A stretch of 64,000 nt of DNA, taken from assembly GCA_021828055.1 (NCBI GenBank), contig JAKATH010000001.1, positions 16,707 through 80,706 of the forward strand. The letters run 5' to 3'. The position numbers and the translations under genes were made by a program. Numbering within the stretch: the first letter of the stretch is position 1; each line of letters starts with the position of its first letter. A model generated the notes under the pieces. It searched no databases, was not told the origin of the DNA, and worked only from the letters and a program-made list of their open reading frames with translations. This DNA is from Actinomycetes bacterium (GTDB lineage Bacteria > Actinomycetota > Acidimicrobiia > Acidimicrobiales > RAAP-2). Positions 48,194 through 59,858 of this stretch are shown here, in pieces.

Positions 48194-49458
48194 TCGACGA
48201 CGAGCAGGTGGTACTCGCGCCTCCCCCGCCGCAGCACGAGGTAGCGGTCGTGCAGCAGGTCGCCCGGGCCGAGCGACCGGTCGAGGTCGTCCACGCGCCG
48301 GTTGTTCACGTATGCGCCGCCCTGCGCGATGGTGCGGCGCGCCTCGCCCCTCGAGGCGACGAGCCCCGACGACGTCAGGGCGTCGACCAGGCCCACCTCG
48401 CCGCTCAGGAACGCCGACCGCGCGACGCTGCTCGACGGCGCCTCGCCGACGACGTCGAGCAGCGTCCGCTCGTCGAGCGCGGCGATCTCCTCGCCGAACA
48501 AGGCGCGCGACGCGCGCTCCGCCTGCTCGGCCTCCGCCTCGCCGTGCACGAGGACGGTCACCTCGCGCGCGAGCGCGCGCTGCGCGGCGCGGCGCTCGGG
48601 ACGCTCTGCGGTCTCCGTGTCGAGCGCCTCGACCTGGTCGTGCTCCAAGAACGTGAAGTACCGGAGGTACGTGCCGACGGCAGCGTCCTCGGTCTTGAAG
48701 AGGAACTGGTAGAAGTGGAACGGGCTCGTGAGCGCCGGGTCGAGCCACACGGCTCCCGAGGAAGTCTTGCCGAACTTCGTCCCGTCGGGCTTCAGGACGA
48801 GCGGCGTCGTCATCCCGTGCGCCGTCTTCCCGGACAGCTTGCGGATCAGCTCGACGCCCATCGTGATGTTGCCCCACTGGTCGCTCCCGCCGACCTGCAG
48901 CTCGCAGCCGTAGTCCTCGTGGAGCCGGAGGAAGTCGTAGGCCTGGAGGAGCATGTAGCTGAACTCGGTGTACGAGATCCCCTGATCGGCACGCTCGAAA
49001 CGCGAACGGACGGCTTCCTTGGCCACCATCTGGTTCACGGTGAAGTGCTTGCCGACGTCGCGGAGGAAGTCGATGACGGGCAGCCGGGAGAGCCACGCGC
49101 TGTTGTCGAGCACGAGCCCGTCCTCGAGGTCGATGAAGCGTGCGAGCTGCGGTCGGATGCCCTCGAGGTGGGCTGCGAGCTGCTCGACGGAGAGGAGCGG
49201 CCGCTCGTCGGTCTTGCCTCCCGGGTCGCCGATCATGCCGGTGCCCCCGCCGCAGAGCGCGATGGGCCGGTGGCCGGCGAGCTGGAAGCGGCGGAGCGTC
49301 GCGAGCTGGAGCAGGCTCCCGATGTGAAGACTGGCGTTCGAGGGGTCGAATCCGACGTAGAAGGTCATCCGGTCGTCATCGAGGCGGGACCAGAGGCGCT
49401 CGTCGGTCACCTGGTGCACCACCTTGCGGAAACGGAGGTCCTCCGACAGGGTCGGCAT
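48190..49458 (-). CDS. tyrS: tyrosine--tRNA ligase
   Basis: FDPSNASLHIGSL (HIGH), KFGKTS (KMSKS) and a C-terminal S4 domain. Confidence 0.96.
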   Translation of the reverse strand: MPTLSEDLRFRKVVHQVTDERLWSRLDDDRMTFYVGFDPSNASLHIGSLLQLATLRRFQLAGHRPIALCGGGTGMIGDPGGKTDERPLLSVEQLAAHLEGIRPQLARFIDLEDGLVLDNSAWLSRLPVIDFLRDVGKHFTVNQMVAKEAVRSRFERADQGISYTEFSYMLLQAYDFLRLHEDYGCELQVGGSDQWGNITMGVELIRKLSGKTAHGMTTPLVLKPDGTKFGKTSSGAVWLDPALTSPFHFYQFLFKTEDAAVGTYLRYFTFLEHDQVEALDTETAERPERRAAQRALAREVTVLVHGEAEAEQAERASRALFGEEIAALDERTLLDVVGEAPSSSVARSAFLSGEVGLVDALTSSGLVASRGEARRTIAQGGAYVNNRRVDDLDRSLGPGDLLHDRYLVLRRGRREYHLLVVE

Positions 49459-49528
49459 CGGACCAGCCTGCCATATCCCGCGTTCTGCCCATTCGCAGCG
49501 AACGCGCGCCCTCTCGTCGCCCGGCGCC

Positions 49529-51238
49529 CTACGGCGCCCCCGTGGGCTGCAGGCCGGCGCGCCTCAACGCGTCGCCGACGGCCGCGTGCACCCGGCCGTG
49601 CACGGCCGCGTTCTCCTGCCGGGACGGCACCCGCGCCCGGACCACCGTGACGCCCTCGCCGCGGCGCGCCGCCCGCACCGCCTCTTGCAGCTCGCAGGGC
49701 GTGCCCACGTCCGCGGTCCGATGACCGAGCCCCGCCGCCGCGCGCACCACGTCGGGCGCCTGGGGCGTCGCGAACAGCCGTTCGAACCTGGCCCTGTCGA
49801 CGGCGTCCACCTGCTCCAGGAACTCGAAGATGCCGCCGCCGCCGTTGTCGACCACCACGATGGTGCAGGGCGTGCTCTGCGCGCCGCACGGCGCGACGAG
49901 CGATGACAGGTCGTGGAAGAACGCGAGGTCCCCCACCAGCGCGACCACCGGGCCCACCGCCGCGGCCGCCGCGCCCAGGGCGGTCGAGCACACGCCGTCG
50001 ATGCCGTTCGCGCCGCGGTTGGCGAGCACCTTCGGGGGCGCGGGGCGCGGCCGCGCGAACCACTCGAGGTCGCGCACCGGCATCGACGAGGAGACCACGA
50101 CGGTCGTGCCCCCGGGCACCTCGCCGAAGAGCCGGCGCGCGACGAGCGGCTCGCTGAGGCAGTCCCCGCCGAGGGCGGCGTCGACGGCCTCCTGCGCGAC
50201 GCGCTCGGCGTCCTGCCACCCTTCGAGCCAGCCGGGGGACGGCGCAGGGCGCGGGACGCAGAGCGCGGCGGCGAGCCACGCCGCGGGGTCGGCGCGGTGG
50301 ACGACGGCGGCGCGGCGGTCCGCGTCGTCCCACCGCCACCACGGATCGACCGCGACCGCCGCCGCCTCGGACAGGTAGGCCGGGACCGCCTTCGACGCCC
50401 ACGACGCGCCCAGCCGGACGACCGCGTCGGGTCGGAGTGCCGCTGGCGCGTGGCGTGCGATCGCGTCGGCCGCCGCGACGACGTTGGGGTGCGGGACCCG
50501 GCACCCCGAACGGGGGTCGGCGAGCACCGGCCAACCGAGCTGCTCGGCGAGCGCGAGCACGCCTGCGGGCGGACCGCACCCCGCCCCGGCGAGGAGGACC
50601 CCGTTGGCGGCCGGCCAGGTCCACCGCTCGGCGGCGCCGGCGTGGACCACGACGCGGTGCGCGGCCTCACCGGCGGGCCGTCCCTCGGGCAGCGGCCCGG
50701 GCGCGCAGGCGAGCGGCTCGCGGAAGGCCAGGTTCAGGTGGACGGGGCCCGGGCCCAGGGGGCCCGAGATCGCTTCGACCGCCGCACGCGCCCCCAGCGA
50801 CCGCCACGACCACGCGGCCTCCTCGGCAGGGACGCCGGGGTCCGCTCCCCATCGGAGCGCGCCAGGGTAGATGCCCCGCTGGTCGATGGTCTGGGGCGCG
50901 CCGACGCCGTGCAGCTCCGGCGGGCGGTCAGCGGTGCAGACGATCAGCGGGACTCGCCCGTGGTGGGCCTCGACGACCGCGGGGTGGAGCTCTGCCGCGG
51001 CGGTCCCGCTCGTCACGGAGACGACGACCGGGCGCCCGGTCGCGCCCGCGAGCCCGAGGGCGAAGAACCCCGCGCCGCGCTCGTCCAGCCGGACATGCAG
51101 GCGGATCGCCTGGTTCCCGGCGAGCGCGAGGGCGAGCGGGGTCGAGCGCGAGCCGGGGCAGACCACGGCGTCGCGCACGCCGGCACGCACCCACTCGTCG
51201 ACGAGGGTCGCCGCGAAGGTGGCCTGGACTACGCTCAT
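49529..51238 (-). CDS. menD: 2-succinyl-5-enolpyruvyl-6-hydroxy-3-cyclohexene-1-carboxylate synthase
   Basis: ThDP enzyme with N-terminal TFAATLVDEWVRAGVRDAVVCPGSRSTPLALA and the GDLAFFHD ThDP motif region. Confidence 0.92.
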   Translation of the reverse strand: MSVVQATFAATLVDEWVRAGVRDAVVCPGSRSTPLALALAGNQAIRLHVRLDERGAGFFALGLAGATGRPVVVSVTSGTAAAELHPAVVEAHHGRVPLIVCTADRPPELHGVGAPQTIDQRGIYPGALRWGADPGVPAEEAAWSWRSLGARAAVEAISGPLGPGPVHLNLAFREPLACAPGPLPEGRPAGEAAHRVVVHAGAAERWTWPAANGVLLAGAGCGPPAGVLALAEQLGWPVLADPRSGCRVPHPNVVAAADAIARHAPAALRPDAVVRLGASWASKAVPAYLSEAAAVAVDPWWRWDDADRRAAVVHRADPAAWLAAALCVPRPAPSPGWLEGWQDAERVAQEAVDAALGGDCLSEPLVARRLFGEVPGGTTVVVSSSMPVRDLEWFARPRPAPPKVLANRGANGIDGVCSTALGAAAAAVGPVVALVGDLAFFHDLSSLVAPCGAQSTPCTIVVVDNGGGGIFEFLEQVDAVDRARFERLFATPQAPDVVRAAAGLGHRTADVGTPCELQEAVRAARRGEGVTVVRARVPSRQENAAVHGRVHAAVGDALRRAGLQPTGAP

Positions 51239-51243
51239 CGCAC

Positions 51244-52011
51244 GTGCTGCACGTGGAGTCGAGCGGGTCGGGACCGCGGCTCGTGCTCGCGCACGGGTTC
51301 ACCCAGACCGCGAGGTCGTGGGGACGCTTCGCCGATCTCGTGGGCGCAGGCCGGGAGCTCGTCCGCGTCGACCTCCCCGGCCACGGGGGATCCGCGGGCG
51401 TGCGAGCGAACCTCGTCGAGTGCGGCGCTCTCCTTGCCGAGGTCGCGGGAGCAGGCGGCAAGCCGTTCGACCTCCTCGGCTACTCGCTCGGCGCCCGCGT
51501 CGCCCTGCACGCCGCGCTCGGCAGCCCCGACGGGCTCGGTCGCCTCGTCCTGATCGGCGCGACCGGGGGCATCGAGGACGCTTCGGCGCGAGAAGAGAGG
51601 CGGCGCCGCGACATGGCGCTCGCCGCGGATGTGGAGGCGGACCTGGACGCGTTCCTCGCGCGTTGGGTGGCCCAGCCGATGTTCGCCGCGCTGGGCGACC
51701 CCGGCATGGAGCAGCGGCGCCGCAACGCCCCAGCCGGTCTCGCGTCGAGCCTGCGGCTCGCGGGCACGGGCGCCCAGGACCCGTTGTGGGACCGCCTCCA
51801 GGAGCTTCGAGCTCCTCTCCTCGCCCTCGCAGGCGCGGACGACGTGCGGTTCGCGCTCGCGGCGGCGCGCCTCGCCACGGCCGCGCCAGCCGGGGTCTTC
51901 TCCCTCGTCCCAGGCGCGGGACACGCGGCGCACCTCGCCCAGCCGGAGCTGTGCGCAGGGGTCGTCCGCCGCTTCCTCGACGCCGGGCGGCCGGCCTGCG
52001 CGGGGTCCTGA
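51244..52011 (+). CDS. menH: alpha/beta hydrolase, probable SHCHC synthase
   Basis: LVLAHGF oxyanion region and nucleophile elbow GYSLGA, within the men cluster. GTG 51244 (GTG 51253 alternative). Confidence 0.75.
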   Translation: MLHVESSGSGPRLVLAHGFTQTARSWGRFADLVGAGRELVRVDLPGHGGSAGVRANLVECGALLAEVAGAGGKPFDLLGYSLGARVALHAALGSPDGLGRLVLIGATGGIEDASAREERRRRDMALAADVEADLDAFLARWVAQPMFAALGDPGMEQRRRNAPAGLASSLRLAGTGAQDPLWDRLQELRAPLLALAGADDVRFALAAARLATAAPAGVFSLVPGAGHAAHLAQPELCAGVVRRFLDAGRPACAGS

Positions 52012-52034
52012 AGGGCGCGCCCGGAGCCCGGGGC

Positions 52035-52961
52035 TCACAGCACGATCCCGAGCGCGAGCAGAGCACCCACCGCGAGCTGCAGCTGTCCCGTCCTCGCAAG
52101 CACCGCCAGCAGCTCCCGTCCGCTCGCGCCGTGGAGCACCGCGCGCGAGGGCCTCAGCGCGAGAGGGAGCGCGCCCAGCGCGACGAGCGCCCACGGACGG
52201 ACCGCCGCCGCGCCCGCGATCCCCGCCACGACCCCTGCGAGGGAGCCGACGTAGAGCCAGCGTGCGCGCCGGGGGCCGACGCGCACGGCGAGGGTCCGCT
52301 TCCCCGCCGCCGCGTCCCCGGCGACGTCGCGCAGGTTGTTCGCCTCCAGAAGCGCGGTCGACAGGAGCCCGACCGGGACGCACACCCACCACAGGCCGAA
52401 CGCCTGGCGCTGCACGTACGCCGAGCCCACCGTCGCGACGACGCCGAAGAAGATGAAGACGAACGCCTCGCCGAGCCCGAGGTAGCCGTAGGGCCTCGGT
52501 CCGCCCGTGTACAGCCACCCGGCGACGACGCACGCAGCGCCCACCGGGACCAGCCACCACGTGGTCGACGCGGCCAGCGCGAGACCCGCCGCGCCCGCGA
52601 CCCCGAAGCACGCGAACGCCGCTCGCCGGACCGACTCGGGCGTCGCCGCGCCCGACGCGACGAGGCGCAGCGGCCCGACACGTCCCCGATCCGTGCCGCG
52701 GACCCCGTCGGAGTAGTCGTTGGCGTAGTTCGTGCCGACCTGCAGCGCGAGCGCGACGACGAGCGCCATCCCCGCGCGCCACCAGATGACCGCGTCCGGG
52801 CCGGCGACCAGCCGCCCGCCGCCGGGTGCGCCGCTCCGCAGCCACCATCCCACGGCGGTTCCCACGACGACCGGCACGGCCGCCGCCGGGAGCGTCCGAG
52901 GCCGCGCGCCGGCCACCCAACGCGACAGGGGCCCCGGGACCGCCGCAGGCGCCGAGCTCAC
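52035..52961 (-). CDS. menA: 1,4-dihydroxy-2-naphthoate polyprenyltransferase
   Basis: UbiA-type polytopic protein with NYANDYSDGVRGTD and NNLRDVAGD Asp-rich motifs. Confidence 0.92.
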   Translation of the reverse strand: MSSAPAAVPGPLSRWVAGARPRTLPAAAVPVVVGTAVGWWLRSGAPGGGRLVAGPDAVIWWRAGMALVVALALQVGTNYANDYSDGVRGTDRGRVGPLRLVASGAATPESVRRAAFACFGVAGAAGLALAASTTWWLVPVGAACVVAGWLYTGGPRPYGYLGLGEAFVFIFFGVVATVGSAYVQRQAFGLWWVCVPVGLLSTALLEANNLRDVAGDAAAGKRTLAVRVGPRRARWLYVGSLAGVVAGIAGAAAVRPWALVALGALPLALRPSRAVLHGASGRELLAVLARTGQLQLAVGALLALGIVL

Positions 52962-52979
52962 GGGCGGCTCAGCTCTTCG

Positions 52980-53879
52980 TCAGGGACGGCGGGGAAATCT
53001 CGAGAAGTCCGGCGCTCGCCGCTCGACGTACGCGTCACGCCCCTCCTGCCCCTCCGCGGTCATGTAGAAAAGCATGGTCGCGTCCCCGGCGAGCTGCTGG
53101 ATGCCCGCGAGGCCGTCGTCTGCCGCGTTCATGCCGGCCTTGAGCATGCGCAGCGCGATCGGGCTCAGCGAGAGCATCCGCCGGCACCACGCCGCGGTCT
53201 CGGACTCGAGCTCCCCGAGCGGGACGACCGCGTTCACGAGACCCCAGTCGAGCGCCTCCCGCGCGTCGTACTGGCGGCACAGGAACCAGACCTCCTTCGC
53301 CCGCTTGAGCCCGATCGTGCGAGCGAGCAGGCCCGCGCCGTAGCCGCCGTCGAAGCTCCCGACCTTGGGCCCCGTCTGGCCGAACCGCGCGTTGTCCGCC
53401 GCGACCGTGAGGTCGCACACCAGGTGGAGGACGTGCCCACCTCCGATCGCGTAGCCCGCGACGCTCGCTACGACGGGCTTCGGGAGCCGCCGGATCTGGA
53501 CCTGGAGGTCGAGCACGTTGAGCCGGCCGACGCCGCGGCGCGCCAGCATGTCGTCCCCGACGTAGCCGTCGTCGCCGCGGATCCGCTGGTCGCCGCCCGA
53601 GCAGAACGCGTCGGGCCCCTCGCCTCTCAAGACCACCACACCCACATCGGGGTCGTCGCGGGCCAGCTCGAAGGCGTCGGAGAGCTCGAACAGGGTCTGC
53701 GGCCGGAAGGCGTTGCGCACCTCGGGGCGGCAGATCGTGATCCTCGCGATCCCTTCCGCCGTCTCGTAGCGTATGTCCCGCCATTCGCCGGACTCCTCGA
53801 ACTCCGGGAGCGGCAGCGCGCGCAGCTCGTCGAGCGGGTCGGGTGACTTGCCGGAGATGACCGTGCCCACCGCGTCCAT
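52980..53879 (-). CDS. menB: 1,4-dihydroxy-2-naphthoyl-CoA synthase
   Basis: Crotonase fold: [16 protein letters not shown] and [11 protein letters not shown]. Confidence 0.95.
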   Translation of the reverse strand: MDAVGTVISGKSPDPLDELRALPLPEFEESGEWRDIRYETAEGIARITICRPEVRNAFRPQTLFELSDAFELARDDPDVGVVVLRGEGPDAFCSGGDQRIRGDDGYVGDDMLARRGVGRLNVLDLQVQIRRLPKPVVASVAGYAIGGGHVLHLVCDLTVAADNARFGQTGPKVGSFDGGYGAGLLARTIGLKRAKEVWFLCRQYDAREALDWGLVNAVVPLGELESETAAWCRRMLSLSPIALRMLKAGMNAADDGLAGIQQLAGDATMLFYMTAEGQEGRDAYVERRAPDFSRFPRRP

Positions 53880-53900
53880 GGTCCTCTAACCTACCGGCAG

Positions 53901-55052
53901 GTGCCGGAGCTCGTCGCACTCGATCTTCCCGGTGGACCCGGGTTCGTCGACGCGTTGCGAGCAGCCTGGGACGCCGGCGACGCCGTCGCGCCGCTCGATG
54001 CGCGCCTTCCCGCTGCTGCCGCGCGCGCGCTCCTCCGCGCGCTCGCGCCGACGAAGGTGGTCGGCGGCGACGGCGACGTCGTCACGCTCGAAGGCGGCGT
54101 CCCGGTCGCAGAGGGGGACGCTGTCGTGGTCGCGACGAGCGGGTCGACCGGCACGCCGCGCGGCGTCGTGCTCACGCACGACGCGATCCACGCGAGCGCT
54201 CGGGCGACGAGCGCACGCCTGGGCGTCGACCCCGCCCGGCACCGCTGGCTGGCGTGCCTCCCGCTCTCCCACATCGGGGGCCTGTCGGTGCTGACGCGCT
54301 CGCTCGTCACCGGGGTCCCGTGCACCGTGCTCCCCGGCTTCGACGCCGACGCGGTCGAGGCCATCGGCCGGCGCGGCGACGCCACGCACACGTCGTTCGT
54401 CGCGACCGCGCTCGAGCGGGTCGACCCGGCGCTCTTCACCTGCATCCTGCTCGGCGGCGCCGCGCCGCCGCCCGCGGTCCCCGCCAACGTGGTGACCACC
54501 TACGGGATGACCGAGACCGGCTCGGGCGTCGTCTACGACGGCGTCACGCTCGACGGCGTGGACGTGGCGGTGGGAACCGGGCGTGCCGGGGAGGGCCGCG
54601 CCGGCGAGGTCCTCCTCCGCGGGCCCATGCTGCTTCGCGCCTATCGCGACGGGGCCGACCCGAGGGTGCCGGGCCCCGACGGGCGCGGCGGCTGGCTCCC
54701 GACGGGCGACGGGGGGCGCCTCGAGGGCCGTCGCCTCGTCGTCGACGGCCGGCTCACAGACGTGATCACCACCGGCGGCGAGAAGGTCTGGCCCGTCCCC
54801 GTCGAGCGGGCGATCGCCGCCCTCGCCTCGGTCGCCGACGTAGCGGTGTGGAGGCGCGCGGACCCCGAGTGGGGCGAGCGGGTGGTCGCGTGGGTCGTCC
54901 CCGCGGACCGGGCGGCTCCGCCCCAGCTCGCCTCCCTGGTCGAGGCGGTGAGGGCGACGCTGCCGCCTTGGGCCGCGCCCAAGGAGCTGGTGCTCACCGA
55001 CCGCCTGCCGCGGACGCCGTCGGGAAAGGTGCGGCGGGCGGGCCTCTCCTGA
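53901..55052 (+). CDS. menE: o-succinylbenzoate--CoA ligase (short actinobacterial form)
   Basis: AMP-binding motifs TSGSTGTPRGV, YGMTETG and PRTPSGKVRR. TAACCT lies 8 nt before GTG 53901. Confidence 0.85.
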   Translation: MPELVALDLPGGPGFVDALRAAWDAGDAVAPLDARLPAAAARALLRALAPTKVVGGDGDVVTLEGGVPVAEGDAVVVATSGSTGTPRGVVLTHDAIHASARATSARLGVDPARHRWLACLPLSHIGGLSVLTRSLVTGVPCTVLPGFDADAVEAIGRRGDATHTSFVATALERVDPALFTCILLGGAAPPPAVPANVVTTYGMTETGSGVVYDGVTLDGVDVAVGTGRAGEGRAGEVLLRGPMLLRAYRDGADPRVPGPDGRGGWLPTGDGGRLEGRRLVVDGRLTDVITTGGEKVWPVPVERAIAALASVADVAVWRRADPEWGERVVAWVVPADRAAPPQLASLVEAVRATLPPWAAPKELVLTDRLPRTPSGKVRRAGLS

Positions 55053-55097
55053 CGGAGGCTGGCTCCGCGCCGGCGTCCATGCCGGAGGGCGCGTCGT

Positions 55098-55865
55098 CTA
55101 CGCGATGCCCCCGGACGGCCGGCTCGTCGCGCCGCCGTCCACGGTGAAGACGGTGCCGGTGACCCACGACGCCTCGTCGGAGACGAGGAAGAGGGCGGCC
55201 GCCGCCACGTCGTCGGGCTCGCCGATCCGGCGCATCGGGATCTGGGAGGCGACCAGCTCCTCGTGGGGCTCCCACAACACACGGGCGAAGCGGGTGCGGA
55301 CGAGCCCGGGCGCGATCGCGTTCACCCGCACGCCGGGAGCGAGCTCGTACGCGAGCTGCTTGGTGACGTGGATCACCGCGGCCTTGGTGGCGCTGTACCA
55401 ACCGATGCCGGGCTCGGGGCCGAGGCCGCCGGCGGAGGCGATGTTCAGGATCGACCCGCCTCTTTCGCGCAGCGCCGCGGCGTACGCCGCCTGGCACCAC
55501 GCGAGGAGGCCCAGGAGGTTGACCTCCAGCGTCTTGGTCGCCCGCCCGCGGTCGATCTCGAGGAGCGGGCCGAAGTGGGGGCTCGTCGCGGCGTTGTTGA
55601 CCAGGACGTCCAGCGAGCCGAACCGCTCGATGGTCGCGTCGACACACGAGGTCACCTGCGACGGGTCCCCGGCGTGCGCGACGTGCCAGGCCACCTCGCC
55701 GCCCGAGCCGGCGAGCCCGGCGGCGGCCGACTCCAAGGCGTCTGCCTTCCTCGACGAGAGCATCACCGAAGCTCCCGCCTCCACGTAGCGCCGCGCGATC
55801 GCGAGGCCGATGCCTCTGCTCGCACCGGTGACCAGCGCAACCTTGCCGTCGAGCCGCACGTCCAT
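55098..55865 (-). CDS. SDR-family oxidoreductase
   Basis: [12 protein letters not shown] and YSATK catalytic motif. Start at an internal ATG of the track ORF. Confidence 0.9.
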   Translation of the reverse strand: MDVRLDGKVALVTGASRGIGLAIARRYVEAGASVMLSSRKADALESAAAGLAGSGGEVAWHVAHAGDPSQVTSCVDATIERFGSLDVLVNNAATSPHFGPLLEIDRGRATKTLEVNLLGLLAWCQAAYAAALRERGGSILNIASAGGLGPEPGIGWYSATKAAVIHVTKQLAYELAPGVRVNAIAPGLVRTRFARVLWEPHEELVASQIPMRRIGEPDDVAAAALFLVSDEASWVTGTVFTVDGGATSRPSGGIA

Positions 55866-55910
55866 GGCCGACCACGCTATCGACGCGCCGCCGCCCCTAC
55901 CATCGGCGCC

Positions 55911-57947
<2,037 letters not shown>

Positions 57948-57997
57948 GCTCGTCTGGCCGCCCGGCGCGTCGACCGGGTGCGCATCGAGGAGGTGAG

Positions 57998-58948
57998 GTG
58001 CCCGGCACGAGACGCCAGGGCCTGCATGCGCCAGCGCACGCGCGAAGAGGGACCGCGACGCGGCGCGGCGGGTCCGTCTCGGGCGAGGACGCCGGCGGCG
58101 GCGTGTCCGTCTCGGGCGAGGACGTCGGCGGCGGGTCCGTCCAGGGCGAGGACGCCGGCGGCGGCGTGTCCGTCTCGGAGGAGCAGCCGGCGGCGACCGC
58201 CGGCGCTGCACGCTCGAGGGAGACCCCGGCGGGATCCTCCTCGCGAGCCGCAGGGCCCCGCCGCGGCCGCGCGCTCCTGCGGGATGTCGTGCACCGGGAC
58301 CGGACGCTCACCGCGGGGGGCGCCGAGCTCCGGCTCCTCGTGCTCGCTTGCACGCCGGACGACACGACCGCCGTCGACCTCGCATCGGGTTCACTGGTAC
58401 GGCTCCGCGTCCCATGGCCGGCCGGCCACGCGCCGGACCTCGCCCTCTTCGACGTGGTGGAGGCCACCTTGGCCGACGACCCCGAGTCCGACGACCTCGC
58501 CCAACCCGAGGCGGTGACGGTCGCCGCGCCCCCACGCCACGTCGGGTCGCTGCAGGGGCGGCGGGTGCGCAGGGTGCTCGCGCGCCTCGTGACCACCCGC
58601 GACGACCCGCTGCTCGGGTTCCACGGGCCGTCCGCACCCTACTGGGGCTTCCACGGGCTCCGGCCTTCCCTGGCGCTGATCCGGCCGGCGCGCGGACCGC
58701 AGCTCCTGCGCCGCGGCGCCGACGGCTCGACCTGGGTCCGCTTCGGCTGGGCGCGCGACGACGTCTGGCTTCCCGTCGAGGACGGCCGCGCGGCCCGGGC
58801 GCTCGCCGCGTCGCGCCGCGACCGCCTGTCGGGGAAGGCCCTCGCGGCGGCGCTCGGCTTCTCTCCGCACTACCTCCTCGTCGCGCTGAGCGGTCCTCGC
58901 GGCGGCCACTGCTACAAGATCTGCGCGGCGGTGCTGCCGAAGGGCTGA
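57998..58948 (+). CDS. hypothetical protein, repeat-rich N-terminus + uncharacterised C-terminal domain
   Basis: High-GC3 frame. GTG 57998 lies 4 nt after GAGGAGG (alternative GTG 58289, downstream of the repeats). The C-terminal domain ...PYWGFHGLRPSLALIRP...GGHCYKICAAVLPKG is not recognised. Confidence 0.6.
   Translation: MPGTRRQGLHAPAHARRGTATRRGGSVSGEDAGGGVSVSGEDVGGGSVQGEDAGGGVSVSEEQPAATAGAARSRETPAGSSSRAAGPRRGRALLRDVVHRDRTLTAGGAELRLLVLACTPDDTTAVDLASGSLVRLRVPWPAGHAPDLALFDVVEATLADDPESDDLAQPEAVTVAAPPRHVGSLQGRRVRRVLARLVTTRDDPLLGFHGPSAPYWGFHGLRPSLALIRPARGPQLLRRGADGSTWVRFGWARDDVWLPVEDGRAARALAASRRDRLSGKALAAALGFSPHYLLVALSGPRGGHCYKICAAVLPKG
58072..58180. repeat. tandem repeat, 33/30/33 bp plus a partial copy
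   Basis: GTCCGTCTCGGGCGAGGACGCCGGCGGCGGCGT-type units. Encodes SVSGEDAGGGV-like repeats. Confidence 0.9.
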
Positions 58949-59010
58949 CGCGAGCCCCACCGAAGCGCAGACGCGAGGCCCGCGGAAGGGCTGGCCGGCC
59001 CTCCCCGAAC

Positions 59011-59064
59011 GTCCGCGACCCCCGCAGGCAGGCGAGCGTCCGCGACCCCCGGAGGCAGGCGAGC
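59011..59064. repeat. tandem repeat, 27 bp x2 (1 mismatch), in a convergent intergenic gap
   Basis: GTCCGCGACCCCCGCAGGCAGGCGAGC / GTCCGCGACCCCCGGAGGCAGGCGAGC. Confidence 0.95.
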
Positions 59065-59072
59065 CCTGGACG

Positions 59073-59741
59073 TCAGCGGGAGAACTTGCCTCCGGCCAGG
59101 TCCTCGGCCATGGCCCAGCCGAAGGCGACAAGCCGGTCGCCCCGCTCGGAATCGACCGCTCCGAACACCTCGAGCGCACCCTCGGGGAGCTTCACCTTGG
59201 GGTGCACGAAGTCCAGACCTCCGGCTGCGGAGCCGTCTCCCTTCACGACGAAGGTCCGGTCGTCGAGCCTGGACTCCGCCCCGAACCGCTTCGCGAGACG
59301 CCGAGCCCACGCTCGCTCCTCGCCCGAGGGGCGGTGGCCGGCGGCCGGGACGACGTCAACGAGCCCGGTGAACGCGCAGAAGCCGTCCGCTCGCACGAGC
59401 CTCGTGCCGAGCAGGACGTCCTCGTCGGGGAACGCGAGCAACGCCCGCCGGAACTGGTCCGCCATCATGGCCTTCAGCGCGGACTCGGCCCGGCTGGTCC
59501 GGTCGACCGAGGCCACGCCCACGAGCAGCGACGGCGTGCCGCCGATCCGCTCGAGCGTGCAGAATGAATAGCCGCGGAGCTTCCTCCCGTCCCTTACGGT
59601 CGTGACGAGCACCCACTCCTCACGTTCCTTGGACAGGAACCCGATGTCGAACCCGAGGGGCTCTACTCCGAGATCGGCAAGCTCTTCCAGCTCAGCGTCA
59701 CTGAGTGCGGTGCAATCCTTCGTGGTGACCACCATCGGCAT
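59073..59741 (-). CDS. hypothetical protein (222 aa), locally reduced GC
   Basis: Clean ORF with TAGAAT 6 nt before the ATG. The first ~60 codons have visibly lower GC3 than neighbouring genes. No family recognised. Confidence 0.65.
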   Translation of the reverse strand: MPMVVTTKDCTALSDAELEELADLGVEPLGFDIGFLSKEREEWVLVTTVRDGRKLRGYSFCTLERIGGTPSLLVGVASVDRTSRAESALKAMMADQFRRALLAFPDEDVLLGTRLVRADGFCAFTGLVDVVPAAGHRPSGEERAWARRLAKRFGAESRLDDRTFVVKGDGSAAGGLDFVHPKVKLPEGALEVFGAVDSERGDRLVAFGWAMAEDLAGGKFSR

Positions 59742-59858
59742 GGCGAGATTCTACCGCCCGAGCCGAGCGGCCACATCCGTGACGGACCGGCGATGGCCGC
59801 GCCCGGACCGCGCCACGCAGCGCCGCGGCGCCGTCCACGGGGCTGAGACGGCGAGGGC

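Noticed and set aside
49459-49528. T-box or other leader upstream of tyrS (and likewise upstream of pheS)
   Set aside because: The spacers are 70 nt or less, or replaced by gene overlap. That is too short for a T-box, and no specifier or T-box sequence is visible.
57978-58517. Alternative-frame ORF (179 aa, MRIEEVRCPARD...) over the repeat region after the DUF255 gene
   Set aside because: It is Arg/Pro/Ser-rich with no domain-like segment. The other plus frame carries a long, high-GC3, protein-like C-terminal domain.
59073-59741. Genomic island or mobile element around the lower-GC hypothetical gene
   Set aside because: There is no integrase, transposase, tRNA or flanking inverted or direct repeats. 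The GC dip covers only about 200 bp. It is kept only as a compositional remark in the findings.
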